A DNA stretch of 62,883 nt, counting the filler, from Globobulimina sp. (taxonomy: Eukaryota): NCBI GenBank assembly GCA_003354225.1. It is 51 parts of 51 records of this genome, joined end to end, with 100 filler letters (N's around TTAATTAATTAA, not from the genome) between each part and the next. Parts side by side here need not be neighbours in the genome. Positions count along the whole stretch, not along the records: positions 22,243 to 23,377 come from PIVH01022653.1; positions 23,478 to 24,612 come from PIVH01022654.1; positions 24,713 to 25,847 come from PIVH01022655.1; positions 25,948 to 27,082 come from PIVH01022656.1; positions 27,183 to 28,317 come from PIVH01022657.1; positions 28,418 to 29,552 come from PIVH01022658.1; positions 29,653 to 30,787 come from PIVH01022659.1; positions 30,888 to 32,022 come from PIVH01022660.1; 43 more parts are not named here. One strand, written 5' to 3'. This document shows positions 22,243 through 34,622 of the stretch, piece by piece. The number at the start of each line of letters is the position of its first letter. Position 1 is the first letter of the stretch. The notes below the pieces were generated by a model. It worked only from the letters and a program-made list of their open reading frames with translations. It was not told the DNA's origin and did no database searches. A program made the position numbers and the translations under genes.

Positions 22243-23377
22243 AGGATAGCAAAGGTCTACCGATTCCCACGTCATGAGTTGGATGAGACAAGCATTGTTA
22301 TAGAATTGGCAAAGGAAGGACAGAACGATAAATTGAAAGAAATGGGTCTCAGACAAGAAGGGTCTTTATGGTACAAGGACGACGGTGATGGTGGATTATG
22401 TTTATATGTACCGAAGGACATGCGAAATGCTGTAATCGAAGGTGAACATGCAGGACCCCATGGAGGACATTTCGCGGGAAGAAAATTGGCATTAGATATG
22501 AAGAAGAGATACTTTTGGCCCTCAATGACAACGGACATCATGAGAAAGGTGGCAGATTGTGTAGCATGTAGAGGGAGATGCTCAGCGTCAATAGAAAGGC
22601 CAGTTATATCGCCAATACGAGTACAAAACCCAGGAGAAATAATGGCAGCTGATATCACATACTTACCGAAGACTGAGAATGGAAGCAAGTACTTGTTGGT
22701 CATGATGGATATGTTTAGCAAGTTCTGTAAAGCCAAAGTCCTTACGGACATGACGTGAGAATCCATTATCAAGGCATTTCGAGAATACTTCAGCGAAGTT
22801 GGCAAGCCCAAAAAGGTGTTAACGGACCAAGGAAGATGTTTTGTATCGTCGAATGTGAGACATATGTGCAACAAACATGATGTGACATTGATTCATACGA
22901 CACCAAATAATCCGCAAGGAAATGGAGGAGCTGAGCGAATGATTAGAACACTGGTCGACATTTTGGCAAAACGGACGGCAGTAGAAGGGGACCAATTGTC
23001 TTGGGATCAGCATTTGCCAGACGCCATAGGAGCATATTTGAACTCAACGCATAAGTCCACCGGATGCACACCAAAGGAATTAATATATCTGAAGGAAGGC
23101 AACGGCGATGACGAGCAGAAAATAAAGAAGGTCCGTGATAAAATGAACAGGGTGCACGACGAAAGGTGTTTTCATTACGACCAAACGGCGAAACCATTGG
23201 ATTTGGAAAAAGGACAAGAGATCTTCGTGTACGACCGTGGACAGAAATCAAAGGAAGCGGGAAAATTAGCACCAAGGTACACTGGTCCATGGAAAATCAA
23301 AGAAATCGTATCACCCCAGACATTGGTTGTCAAGATGAAGGTCGATGGAGGTCGAGAAATGGAGAAATGAGTATCAC
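22243..23377 (+). mobile_element. Ty3/Gypsy LTR retrotransposon integrase (HHCC, DDE, GPY/F) with in-frame TGA stops
   Basis: HAGPHGGHFAG...CVAC; IMAADITYLP; LTDQGRCF; PQGNGGAERMIRTL; KLAPRYTGPW; the two ORFs are in one frame separated by TGA at 22756. Confidence 0.9.
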
Positions 23378-23477
23378 NNNNNNNNNNNNNNNNNNNNNNN
23401 NNNNNNNNNNNNNNNNNNNNNTTAATTAATTAANNNNNNNNNNNNNNNNNNNNNNNNNNNNNNNNNNNNNNNNNNNN

Positions 23478-24411
23478 AACTAGTGCCTCTCGCACGTCCA
23501 CGGTAACCACCACGGCCTCTACCACGGTACCCTCCGTACCCTCGGCCTCTGCCACGGTAGCCGCGACCACGTGTATTTTGGTAATATGGTTTGTCATTGG
23601 TATATGGATTGGCATTGGTATTCTGGCTCTGATACCTCGGAGTTTCAAATAAGTTTATGCTTCGTTGGTCATATGTGATGTATGCATAGCGTGGGTTACC
23701 TGCTTCGCATCGTGGCTGCAGCACGGTCGATAACCGCCCAATCGCTATACGGAAATCCGCCAATGTCAATGGATTGGCTTTAACTATCTGGCGTCGTACG
23801 GCTGCGTTCATAAAGCCGTTATTATTATATTTATATAAGTTATTATTGGCCACAAAGCATTTAATGTATATAGCAAATTCTTCTCTGTCCGTAATATGCG
23901 GCACTTTGCGGTCATCATTGGCATCGGCCGCAAACTCTTCATTTAAGATATCTGTTATTTGATAAATCTGTCTTATACAACACCGTAAAGCATCGTAAAC
24001 ACATATTGGATTTTCATTTTTACGGAAGCGGACTTCACGGACTTTAGTCAATAATGGATCGATAGTGGTTGGTGGAGGATGGACATGTTTGGCATAAGTT
24101 GCTAATGAAGCAATATTGAACTCGACATGGTTGCCAATGTGGCACCAATCAAAATATAGCTTTTTATTCGGTGTTGGTATGGATCGCAACACTTCTTTGG
24201 CCAACATAGCAATGTCATGATCTGGATGGCTATCTACGAAGTCGTACATTTCCAACAACCACCGAAATGTATCCAATCCTGACTTAATCCATGGTTTGGT
24301 AAATTTGGCCATAGAATCGCGCATAAATATCATTTGTGAATAGTTGATAGGCACAGCAGGTACTGGCACGGCAGGAGCCGGTATGCCACCGACTGGTATG
24401 ATGGCAGCCAT
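23478..24411 (-). mobile_element. Probable retrotransposon Gag-like ORF with RGG/YRG-rich C-terminus (truncated)
   Basis: Intronless; LLTKVREVRFRKNENP resembles the Gag major-homology-like segment; RGRG repeats. Confidence 0.5.
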
Positions 24412-24765
24412 ACTGTGTATAGGTGGTATTATTAATCATTATCATGGAATGGAACCAATACTTATCTCGCGACTCGCACATATGCTCATGATACCCTATC
24501 GGGCACTGTACGCAATCGTAAATCTTATACAGTGATATCGGATGTTTTTATTTTGTTTATGTATTCATGGATATCACATTCAACTCAGTCATAGCACACA
24601 CACGCCCCAGGCNNNNNNNNNNNNNNNNNNNNNNNNNNNNNNNNNNNNNNNNNNNNTTAATTAATTAANNNNNNNNNNNNNNNNNNNNNNNNNNNNNNNN
24701 NNNNNNNNNNNNATTACAATAGAATTATGATGAATGAATGCAATTATAATTATATAGGCACTCAA

Positions 24766-25472
24766 CATGAATATACTATTGGTCTACCGGTGGCATTTAA
24801 AGCAGTGCCGAATTTAGGATACATGGCATACATATTAGCCACACTCGCATAACAGCCATCAATTTTTATCATATCAATATCCCAGGAAGCGAAGGTATTG
24901 GCATCCAATGTATAATATCCATCGATGCCTGTGGGGAATTAAAAGAATTGTATAATCTGTACATGTATATTGACAATTTTATGTATAATATCGAGACCTG
25001 TATATCCTGCGCAAGATTTGCTGCCAATATCGTTATATAAGCCTAATTTTAAACCCTTGGAATGTACATAATCAGCAACACCAGAAATGCCTTTGGGGAA
25101 ACGCGTCGCGTTGGCCACTTGTTCATTGTTTTGAGTGTTTCTTGTTTTATCATTCCAACAATCATCAATATTAATTAGGTCATATCCAACGTCTTTATAC
25201 CCGTCATCTGCTAAATGATCTGCCATTTGTTGATATAAATCAGCATTGATACACGAGGTGGGATGATTTGTACAATCTGTTTGACAATAAAATATTGCCC
25301 ACGACAACCAACCCATTGGTGGAGTTCCTTTTATATGTGTTACAGTTTAAAATGTTATAATTAAATTGGATCGAGATTGTGTGGTAAATATAGATGACAT
25401 ACGAGCTAATCCATTATTTATAGCATGGGAACTGAAGACAAACGAACAAACAATCGCTAGCACTGCAAACAT
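24766..25472 (-). CDS. GH27 alpha-galactosidase/alpha-N-acetylgalactosaminidase; introns 25328-25402 and 24929-24997; truncated
   Basis: Signal peptide then NNGLAR/TPPMGWLSW; INIDDCW; HSKGLKLGLY; FASWDIDMIKIDGCY; ALNATGRPIVYS. Confidence 0.92.
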
Positions 25473-25519
25473 GGTGACAGGACGCAAAACTTTAACTTAA
25501 AAATATTAATGGCAGAAAG

Positions 25520-25847
25520 ATGAGACATGCCACCAAAGACGACACAGAAAAATCAGAACATTTGAAACAAGCCATTAATGCTGATGAAAAAACATTTTCT
25601 ATGCATGCAGATGATGCAAAAGATGAGGAAAATAAATATGATGGCCGCAACGTTGAAATGGTAGCAGTGAAATTGAGAGAAGCACTCTCTCCAAACATGA
25701 TGTTATTAAATCAAGCACAAAATGATGTCATTAACTTAGCACAAAATGCGTCCGCCATCGCCTATGCTTATGATTATTACAAATACGAAGAAAGCAATGT
25801 GTCATTGTTTCGATCCTCTATGTCATGGTTGTTTATTACAATATTTT
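25520..25847 (+). CDS. Hypothetical, probably membrane protein (truncated)
   Basis: ORF with charged N-terminus and start of a hydrophobic segment. Confidence 0.4.
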
Positions 25848-26563
25848 NNNNNNNNNNNNNNNNNNNNNNNNNNNNNNNNNNNNNNNNNNNNTTAATTAAT
25901 TAANNNNNNNNNNNNNNNNNNNNNNNNNNNNNNNNNNNNNNNNNNNNAAACAAGTTCATCTCAGTTACTCAAAAACCTCTAGGTCCGAAAATTTCAAACA
26001 TAACAAATAAGCCTCTTTCATCCTGGGTTTCTTGCCTCGATGTTTCTTGCCTCTGGGGTCTATCGACCCGCAATGCTACTGTGTTGCCCCCTCTATATAT
26101 GTTAATTTATAGCAACTTCTCCGAATTATACCCATATTTTTTATCATCTTATTTGAGTGCAATTTAAGCGATCTGGCGATGTAATGCCTGAATCAACAAT
26201 GCCAAGATGTTGTAATGCATTGGGTATGTTAACAAGTCTTGTTACATATTTACATCCTGTCAGAACAAAGCAGCTATGGAATTGTATAATGGGTGTACAA
26301 TTATTGTAGAATTGAAAATGAAATTGGATTAAAATCTGTTGAAACCAATGGTAATCAAACAAAACAATGGAAAACGTTTTTCCGTCAAAATAGCTATGGC
26401 ACAAATGTGCTGGTTTGTAATCATGAAACAGATTATGATGTACTGAGTATAATATATTTATGTTGGTGATTATGTCATCCAGTGTCCAGTTTTAATTGCA
26501 AACAATGTTTGTTTAATTTGTGTTTAAATGATGATTTAATTTGAAAATCCTCTTAGTGAAAAG

Positions 26564-27082
26564 ATGGCACAACCCTTAATAGATTTAGCTGTAGGATATA
26601 TAAAAAACAATACAAAATTAAAACTGCATGACATTCCTTATGATATTTGTAGAATGTGTGCAAAATATATAAATATTGATGTAATTGAAATGGCAACAGA
26701 TTATCCATTATCAGATTATAATATACCATTTGTGTTCAAGGCACGCCAATACAATGAAATTACATTATGGTTTGGTTGTGAATCATTTAGAGTTTATGAT
26801 AAAAACAAAATTGAAATCCGTTTACCATATGCATTTATTGACGAAACAAAGGAATGGTATCGTGTTCATGGAGGACATGGAAATGGAAACGGAAAATTAG
26901 CAGCTCAGCATCTATCATATATAATGAAGTTGAAATATATCAATGTAGCTTCAAGTGCTGGACAACATTTTAATGCCATGGCAACAGATACATTGAAACA
27001 AATGTATTACAGTTCATATCAACATGATAGTACGCAGCAAATTCCTTATTTGCAACTGAATTATCAACCCAAAGGTCAGTTT
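26564..27082 (+). CDS. Hypothetical protein (truncated)
   Basis: ATG-initiated ORF open to the contig end. Confidence 0.55.
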
Positions 27083-27182
27083 NNNNNNNNNNNNNNNNNN
27101 NNNNNNNNNNNNNNNNNNNNNNNNNNTTAATTAATTAANNNNNNNNNNNNNNNNNNNNNNNNNNNNNNNNNNNNNNNNNNNN

Positions 27183-28317
27183 GAAGACAACAGCAAGTAT
27201 TTGGTAGATACCGCTGCATCGTCAACAGCAACCTCACGCAGCTCCACCGCACCATCCTCGCCATCAACAGAGACAAATGAAATAAGTGACAATTTATTAG
27301 CAAACTTGACCTATTGCAGCTCGATTTTATTACTATGCATATACAACAATGTCAGCTTTAACAATCCGGGTTGGATGGTACATTCAGCGGGTTTACGAAA
27401 GTCGAATCCTGACGAAATTACAAAGCATCCCCTTGTGGTTGTATCGCCTGATGAATGTCCATCCATTTTGACCTATTTTATATGTTTAAGTTCGTGCATA
27501 TTTCAGTTGCAAATGTTGCAAGAAAGCAAGAAAAAACACGAAGAGCTGACCAGATTATCGTTGATTATATATTCGCGTTTAACAGAAATTCCCGCTTGTT
27601 TAATTGTTTTGTTTTCCACCGATTTTAAAATAGATCCATCTCTGTCCTATGCGCATAAGGAGAGAAATAATATCATTTGGAAAGAGATGAAACAGCAGCC
27701 ACTCATAGCCATATTGTTCGATATTTGGTGCGATTATATACAGAATATTGGTAAAAATATCACACAGTATCACGAACAACTTAATATAGCAAATAATGAG
27801 AAGAAAGAGGATCAATTATCTGACCCTTTATATTCCTCATCAACTTTATTTTGTTTGCGGATTTTGTTGGATATATTTATCCGTTGCATGATATTTCAGA
27901 ATGAAATGGAACTGTTTTTCGCCAAATCTTTGTTTTATTTGCGTTTAATGAAAATATTGATGAATTTGATGAAGTTATTTCTGGTTTATATCAAGAGCCA
28001 TTTCAATGAAACATTATTTGATATTATATGCCGTATTATTGTTACGATGAGAATGATGATTGGTTGCTGCGAAAATATATTCGAAAATAAAGAAAATTAT
28101 ATCATCTCTTTTTTTTTAGAGTTGGCCCGATATTCGGATACTTTTAAGGAATTTAATGAGATTATACACGATGAGGATGCTCAAAATGGGAGAGAGAATA
28201 ATAAATTTTGTGAGCGCTTAAAAAAGGACTCAAGAGTTGTTGTTCGAGTATCCAAATTCTTTGAGGATGCCATTACTTTGGAATTTCCTGAATGGAAAAC
28301 CTCAAATATTCAAACAC
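27183..28317 (+). CDS. Hypothetical alpha-helical (ARM-like) protein fragment
   Basis: ORF spans the whole contig; Leu/Ile-rich helical composition. Confidence 0.6.
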
Positions 28318-28743
28318 NNNNNNNNNNNNNNNNNNNNNNNNNNNNNNNNNNNNNNNNNNNNTTAATTAATTAANNNNNNNNNNNNNNNNNNNNNNNNNNN
28401 NNNNNNNNNNNNNNNNNCTTCACAAAACGACACATATAGTCATCAGATATTGTGAATGTTAATTTGGCTGTGCCAGACACTTCGAATCCTTTATTGGTGA
28501 TGTGTGGAAACGAGAATTCATTTAAATGATCCACTATCTTTGATAATCGCAACATTCTCCTTTCTATGAATGTATATAACTTTCCACGTACGTTATTTTA
28601 TTGTGGTTGCACAACTAGTCAATAGAAGAAGAAGATGCTGAGATATACTGGTGAGGTCAAGTTTTTTAGCTCCATAAAAACCATGTCATCCCAATCGATG
28701 CATTGAACAACATCATCCCATACCAATCGAACGAATTGTGAAA

Positions 28744-29503
28744 ATGAGACTAATTTTATACTCGCTGATAGTTGTATCATGGACAGCAAATGCATTCAAC
28801 GGGAATAATTCATCAAACATCACAGTATCGTATGATATCGATTATTTCTCAGCAACTAATACTAATATATCCTTTTACGACGATTGCAGTTTGTCGTTTG
28901 AATTATATATAATTGGCATAAACAAACTAAACGATATACTTTCCACCAATATAATTCTCCAAAAATCAATTTTATATTGGTTGCATTCACATATTTTCTT
29001 CTTAATTGATACATCATTCATATATGAAACAGATAAATATACAAATAATTTATGGCATGAATATTATTTACATTTAATAAATATCTCAACTCCATTAATA
29101 TTATCCATTGATATTTGCGTCAAACAAACTGAAATAAAACAAATCATTCAAACGGAGCTAAATAGTGATGGTATGCCAGCATTTTACGTGTTTTCTTATT
29201 TAAATACAATGTGTAAAATAAAAAGGTGATGAAATAGCGGCATTTTTACGATACAAATTAGCGGATCACATTCAAACAAATTACACGGATATCAACACCG
29301 ATAATCTGTATATAAATATGATGCTCGATGGTGGTGTCATACATACAACAGACACAAAAACAGATATTCCCGTAAATAATAGCTATGTTTTTACGGAAAA
29401 AATGGTATATGTCGGGATTATTGGTACGTGTCTGATCATTATGGCTTTGATTATAATGGTCTGTGTCGTAATATTCATCAAACACAAAACCGAACAGGTA
29501 TAA
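28744..29503 (+). CDS. Type I membrane glycoprotein, probably intron-containing
   Basis: Signal peptide MRLILYSLIVVSWTANA; N-x-S/T sequons; TM VYVGIIGTCLIIMALIIMVCVVIFI in a downstream frame. Confidence 0.5.
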
Positions 29504-29652
29504 TACATATATATGTATACATTGAAAACCTGTAACAAACCTAAAAACATACNNNNNNNNNNNNNNNNNNNNNNNNNNNNNNNNNNNNNNNNNNNNTTAA
29601 TTAATTAANNNNNNNNNNNNNNNNNNNNNNNNNNNNNNNNNNNNNNNNNNNN

Positions 29653-29762
29653 ATTGGCAAGGTTTTTGGGTTAGCTAGGGTGGTTTTCGAAGTTAACCTA
29701 GTATGCGAATCCTAGTATTGAAAGTTGAAAACCACTCTAGCTAACCCAAAAACCTTGCCAAT
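29653..29762. repeat. 36-bp inverted repeat (1 mismatch) with 38-nt loop at the contig start
   Basis: ATTGGCAAGGTTTTTGGGTTAGCTAGGGTGGTTTTC...GAAAACCACTCTAGCTAACCCAAAAACCTTGCCAAT. Confidence 0.9.
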
Positions 29763-29769
29763 CACAAAA

Positions 29770-30510
29770 GAAGTGTTTAGAAGTTTAAGCCTAAAAAGTC
29801 AATTGCAGTCAAAGAAAAATATCACAACAATTAATATGGCATACAATAATTGGATTTTGGGAGACCAAAAATTAGCGGCAATATTCCCATTGGAAAAATT
29901 CAAAATTAGTTATAAATGTTATAATAAATTAGATCAAATATTATCGCCAAATACATTCAGATTTGATTTTGATCAGAAAGACTCGGATTTAATGGATAAG
30001 AATTTGATAAAATTTTGCAATGTGGGCAAAATTATTATGATCGATAAAAAGAAAACATAGTGGGGTCAAGACCCTGTAACCCTTGGGAAAAACGTTCTAC
30101 AAATGCGAGTGCAAAGATAAAAATAAAAAACTGAAAGTAAGTACTAACTCAAAAACCTCAAAATTGACAATTACGTGACAATCAATAAAAATAAATAGAT
30201 CATCATGTTTTAGCAGAGATATTATTTACATAATTTTTTGTAAAAATTGCAAAAAACAGTATTTTGGAAACCGTGGTTGAGGAAAACAGGGAAAAGACAA
30301 TTTAAAACAAGAACGAGAAAGCACATTGGCGATGTTTTAAAAGTATACAAATTATTAATGGATAACAATTATTACGATGAATTGGGTAAAATTAGCAACA
30401 ACAGATTTTGAAAAGAATATTTACAAGATTTTACTAAAAAAGTCGATCAAGAATTAATGGATTTGGCGCGTGAATTGAGAGTAAAAGTGATACTGCATTG
30501 GACATAGATT
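29770..30510 (+). pseudogene. Decayed Penelope-like element, RT thumb to GIY-YIG endonuclease region
   Basis: At about 30195-30340: SSCFSRDIIYIIFCKNCKKQY, then frameshift to KTGKRQFKTRTRKHIGD. Confidence 0.65.
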
Positions 30511-31034
30511 GGTTTAATAATGAAAATGTAAATTTAAATATGGACTCATCAGCATTGCATGGATAACTAAAAGGCAAAATTAAGGATATTTACGACATTT
30601 TTTATTATTTTTATGGTTGGTCATTAGGTGTTTTTCAACACCATGGCCAGTCCACAATTAATTTTATTATTTTTATTGCATTTTGTCTTGTTTGTGTGTT
30701 TCAGTGTGTTTTTGTGATTTTTTGTACATCTAAAAAACTTTGTGTTCATTCTTTTATGACTGGGGATTGATGATGGCAGGAGGTGCTNNNNNNNNNNNNN
30801 NNNNNNNNNNNNNNNNNNNNNNNNNNNNNNNTTAATTAATTAANNNNNNNNNNNNNNNNNNNNNNNNNNNNNNNNNNNNNNNNNNNNCCAAGTGATTTTT
30901 ATATTCATGGCTGTGCAAATAACTAAAATCATATATTGAAATAAATTGTACATTTTAATTAACAATATTTGATTCTGCGTATAAAATTAAAATCTATTTT
31001 ATTAAAATTGTGAAAAAAACAAATTATTTTGGGT

Positions 31035-32021
31035 CTATTTGGTTGCAATAATCGGTGCTCTTCCAATTTTAAACCTAGCGATGCATTCTTGTTTATATTG
31101 ATCAGTGCCTCTCCTTTTCTCATTATTTACAACATCATAAACTGCGCCCGTCTCTTCTCCCAATTGTACTTTTCTATTATCCATAATATCCGTATTACTA
31201 TTTTGTGCTGGAAACGCGTTATACAAATGTACTTTGGCAGTACTTCTATTGTACAAATAACCCATTGGATGCATATGTTCATCATACATATAATTCTCCC
31301 CATAACTCAACTGTTTCTGTTTCATGATCTCAAGTGCTTTCCTCATATTGGCTTCATTCTCCATAATACGCTGATTGTAATCTTCCGCGCATTTCTTACA
31401 AAACAACTTATTATATTTGATACATTCCGTACAAAATTTCTCATCGCACATAAGACATTTATTAATTGTCGTTGCCGCTGCAGTATAATACACCCATCGT
31501 CTCATTGGTTTATGTATATTTGGACGCGGATATTCTTGCTTCAATTCCCTTTGATTACAGTTCCTACAAAATTCATGATCACCGCATATATTTTTATATT
31601 TGTTATCTCCACAAATCTCAAATCTGCCACAGTCTCCGCCAAAATTATTCAAACATACCTCCATTTTATGCGCAGTACATTCCTTGCAAAATATACGTAA
31701 ATCTGTATCATAAATATTAACGCTATCTGCATTATTATGCTTTGGTGTATATTTATATATTGTTTCGGGACATTTTAAAAATTCAAATCTGTTTCTAAAT
31801 ACTATCATAGTTTCGCATTTTTCTTCTCGTTGTTGATTACAGCACGGTACTATATAACCGATGCAATAATCAACAATGACACTAATACTTGAGATGCTGA
31901 TATCTTTTCGTATTTTACTAATGACATTGACCAATGATTCCGACTCTTTATCAATAAAACAATCCTTACAAAGTGAACGTATCCCGCATTTATCACAGAA
32001 ACTAATACTACAACCAATACT
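31035..32021 (-). CDS. Cys-rich protein with multiple CxxC pairs (5' truncated)
   Basis: FCDKC..LCKDC, FCKEC, FCRNC, KCLMC..FCTEC..FCKKC. Confidence 0.6.
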   Translation of the reverse strand, partial: SIGCSISFCDKCGIRSLCKDCFIDKESESLVNVISKIRKDISISSISVIVDYCIGYIVPCCNQQREEKCETMIVFRNRFEFLKCPETIYKYTPKHNNADSVNIYDTDLRIFCKECTAHKMEVCLNNFGGDCGRFEICGDNKYKNICGDHEFCRNCNQRELKQEYPRPNIHKPMRRWVYYTAAATTINKCLMCDEKFCTECIKYNKLFCKKCAEDYNQRIMENEANMRKALEIMKQKQLSYGENYMYDEHMHPMGYLYNRSTAKVHLYNAFPAQNSNTDIMDNRKVQLGEETGAVYDVVNNEKRRGTDQYKQECIARFKIGRAPIIATK

Positions 32022-32122
32022 ANNNNNNNNNNNNNNNNNNNNNNNNNNNNNNNNNNNNNNNNNNNNTTAATTAATTAANNNNNNNNNNNNNNNNNNNNNN
32101 NNNNNNNNNNNNNNNNNNNNNN

Positions 32123-32905
32123 TATTTAAAAAACACCAAATCTGTCAGAAACTGCGCAGAAAATAAGTCAATGCGGATTTATACGAGTTTTATTGGCATT
32201 GGTTTGGATTTTAACACAGATTTAGTTGAAAAAATATCATCAACGAGAGGCTGTAATTATTATTCTGTTAAATCAAAAGCAGAATTTACGGAAACAATGA
32301 ATCAAGAATTTGAGTGTATGGTTACGCCGCTTGTTTTTAATGTGTGTCTGAACATAAAATGTGAGGGGAATTCCTGCGAAATAGAAAAGGTTTATGGATC
32401 AACTGATGATGTTTCAAATAAAATTGTTGCAAATGGGGAACTGCTAAGAATTCACTCTCTTTTTCCATCAAAAAAATCAAAAGAAAGTGGCGGTACTAAA
32501 GTAGGTTTGCAGTTAATTAAATTAAGAATAAATCCAGATAATAATAACCAAAATGTCAATGTTGAATTGGATGTAACATTTGAAGATAGAAATGGCAAAA
32601 CATATAAAAACACACAAAATGTGACATTGATTGCATCAGAAAATGAGAATATTGATAAAAATGATATGATTGAAGATAAAGTCACAGAAATAAATGAAAA
32701 TAATTTTTATGATAATAATGGCATCAGAAAAGCAATATTATTATGCAAATATGTCGAGTTAGTACAAAAATGGATTTCTGTCGAAGCAAAACAACATTCA
32801 TCAAAGGAATTGACAGTAAATGATAAGTTCAAACATGAAATGGTTTTTTGCAAAGATGATACGTTGAAGCAAGAACTGGATGTATTGACGAGGTTGATAA
32901 AGTAA
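32123..32905 (+). CDS. vWA-domain protein, C-terminal part
   Basis: IYTSFIGIGLDFNTDLVEKISSTRGCNYYSVKS...MVTPLVFN; GIRKAILLCKYV. Confidence 0.75.
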   Translation, partial: YLKNTKSVRNCAENKSMRIYTSFIGIGLDFNTDLVEKISSTRGCNYYSVKSKAEFTETMNQEFECMVTPLVFNVCLNIKCEGNSCEIEKVYGSTDDVSNKIVANGELLRIHSLFPSKKSKESGGTKVGLQLIKLRINPDNNNQNVNVELDVTFEDRNGKTYKNTQNVTLIASENENIDKNDMIEDKVTEINENNFYDNNGIRKAILLCKYVELVQKWISVEAKQHSSKELTVNDKFKHEMVFCKDDTLKQELDVLTRLIK

Positions 32906-33624
32906 ATACATTTTGGCAGATATCAATACATTTTCTGATCGTTTATATTGATTTCTTTTTTTTTTCTTCTTCTTCAAAACTTTAAGGGTTGAACTAAATG
33001 ATATATTCAGATGGATAACAAACCGTTTCTGGATTTGCAAAGCGTTTCTCAGATAATTGAATCAAATGTATACAACTTATCGACCAGGGGTTATCTTTTG
33101 GAATATATCGTTAAGATAATATGTAAGATGTTTTGATGACGAATCAAATGGCGGTGCAAAAGTCGAAATCCGATCTTGGTATTTTGGCACATTCCTAAAC
33201 TATTAATTATTGAGCACAAACTGAAAAACAAATTTATATACATGCAAGTATTTATGTNNNNNNNNNNNNNNNNNNNNNNNNNNNNNNNNNNNNNNNNNNN
33301 NTTAATTAATTAANNNNNNNNNNNNNNNNNNNNNNNNNNNNNNNNNNNNNNNNNNNNTTGTGCAATATCTTCGGGGTTGATAATAAGAGGGAGTATGGTG
33401 TGAGGCCGGAAACGGAGCAGCAAAAATCCCCTATCACCATTCAGCTTAAGTGCCGATTAAATCTCATTCTCGTTTACAATATAATCAATATCTGCTTTCT
33501 TACCAAATCTTCTCTACACATATCTTCTTTTTTTGTGGTTTATTTTTGCGTCTTTGTCCATCTATATAAATAGGTGATGGTTAATGTATGAAAATGTTTA
33601 CCAAAGAAAACTTTATTTTATAAA

Positions 33625-34492
33625 ATGAGTCTCTGTGGTTTAGATGCACGGATTTTTGCATTACGATGCATTATGTTTTTTTCAACAACTGGTGCATCAT
33701 CAATTGCTGGATACATGATATTATTTTTGCAGCCACATTTTAGTGCATCACAACTCGGAATTATCATGGGAGTCAATCCAACCATACGATTCTTTGGTTC
33801 ATTTTTATGGGGTTTTATTGGTGATTACACACAACGACGTATGATTATTACCACCATTGGCGTTGCGATTGGTATCATTGGCTACAATACATTGCTATTT
33901 TCATTTATCACGGACAGTTTTTTATATACAACACTGTTAATGGCTATATGCCAATTTTTTATTTCTTCCGGATGTTTATTGGATGCAGTCACTGTTATTG
34001 TATTATCAGAACACGCAATGGTCAAAACAATGAATTCCAAATCATCTCCACACGAAATGCCAAACAATGATGTTGATGACAACTACCACTCTCTACATCC
34101 ACCAATCTCTGCAGAGCTACATTCAATAAACAAAAGTGAGAATGACATTGAAACAGCAAAATATGGATCGACACGATTATGGGGTGCTGTTGGATGGGTT
34201 AATACATTCTGTTTCCACTATGAATTCATTTTATTTTATATAATGCAATTGTATTCCAACAGGGTTTAGGATCAGTAATTTGTGGTGGTTTGTTGTATGA
34301 ATTTGGTGAAAATGCTTTATTTTGGTTTTTCGATGGAAACATGCTGATTGTTATGTTGATTCTGATCTGTTTCTTCCCGATCGCTATCAAAACCGCATCT
34401 AAATATAAAATGGATATGATTCACAAATCTCCGACAAATCCCTCCAATGATATTGACGATATATTTAGTTCGCAGCTCATCAATGTTGAACA
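33625..34492 (+). CDS. MFS transporter (MFSD6/MFS_1_like); intron 34198-34262; truncated
   Basis: FLWGFIGDYTQRR; YGSTRLWGAVGW/GLGSVICG restored by a GT-AG intron. Confidence 0.85.
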
Positions 34493-34622
34493 NNNNNNNN
34501 NNNNNNNNNNNNNNNNNNNNNNNNNNNNNNNNNNNNTTAATTAATTAANNNNNNNNNNNNNNNNNNNNNNNNNNNNNNNNNNNNNNNNNNNNAAACAATT
34601 CCAACCAACACAAGCAAATGAT

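Noticed and set aside
24485..24500. tRNA-Met primer-binding site upstream of the Gag-like ORF (GGGTATCATGAGC on the minus strand)
   Set aside because: Differs from TGGTATCAGAGC by a mismatch and an insertion, and no LTR end (CA) is adjacent.
31029..31700. 223-aa plus-strand ORF
   Set aside because: Antisense shadow of the Cys-rich minus-strand gene; the same applies to 37518-38249, 22272-22874, 36344-36742, 41947-42351, 45197-45604 and 59353-59751.
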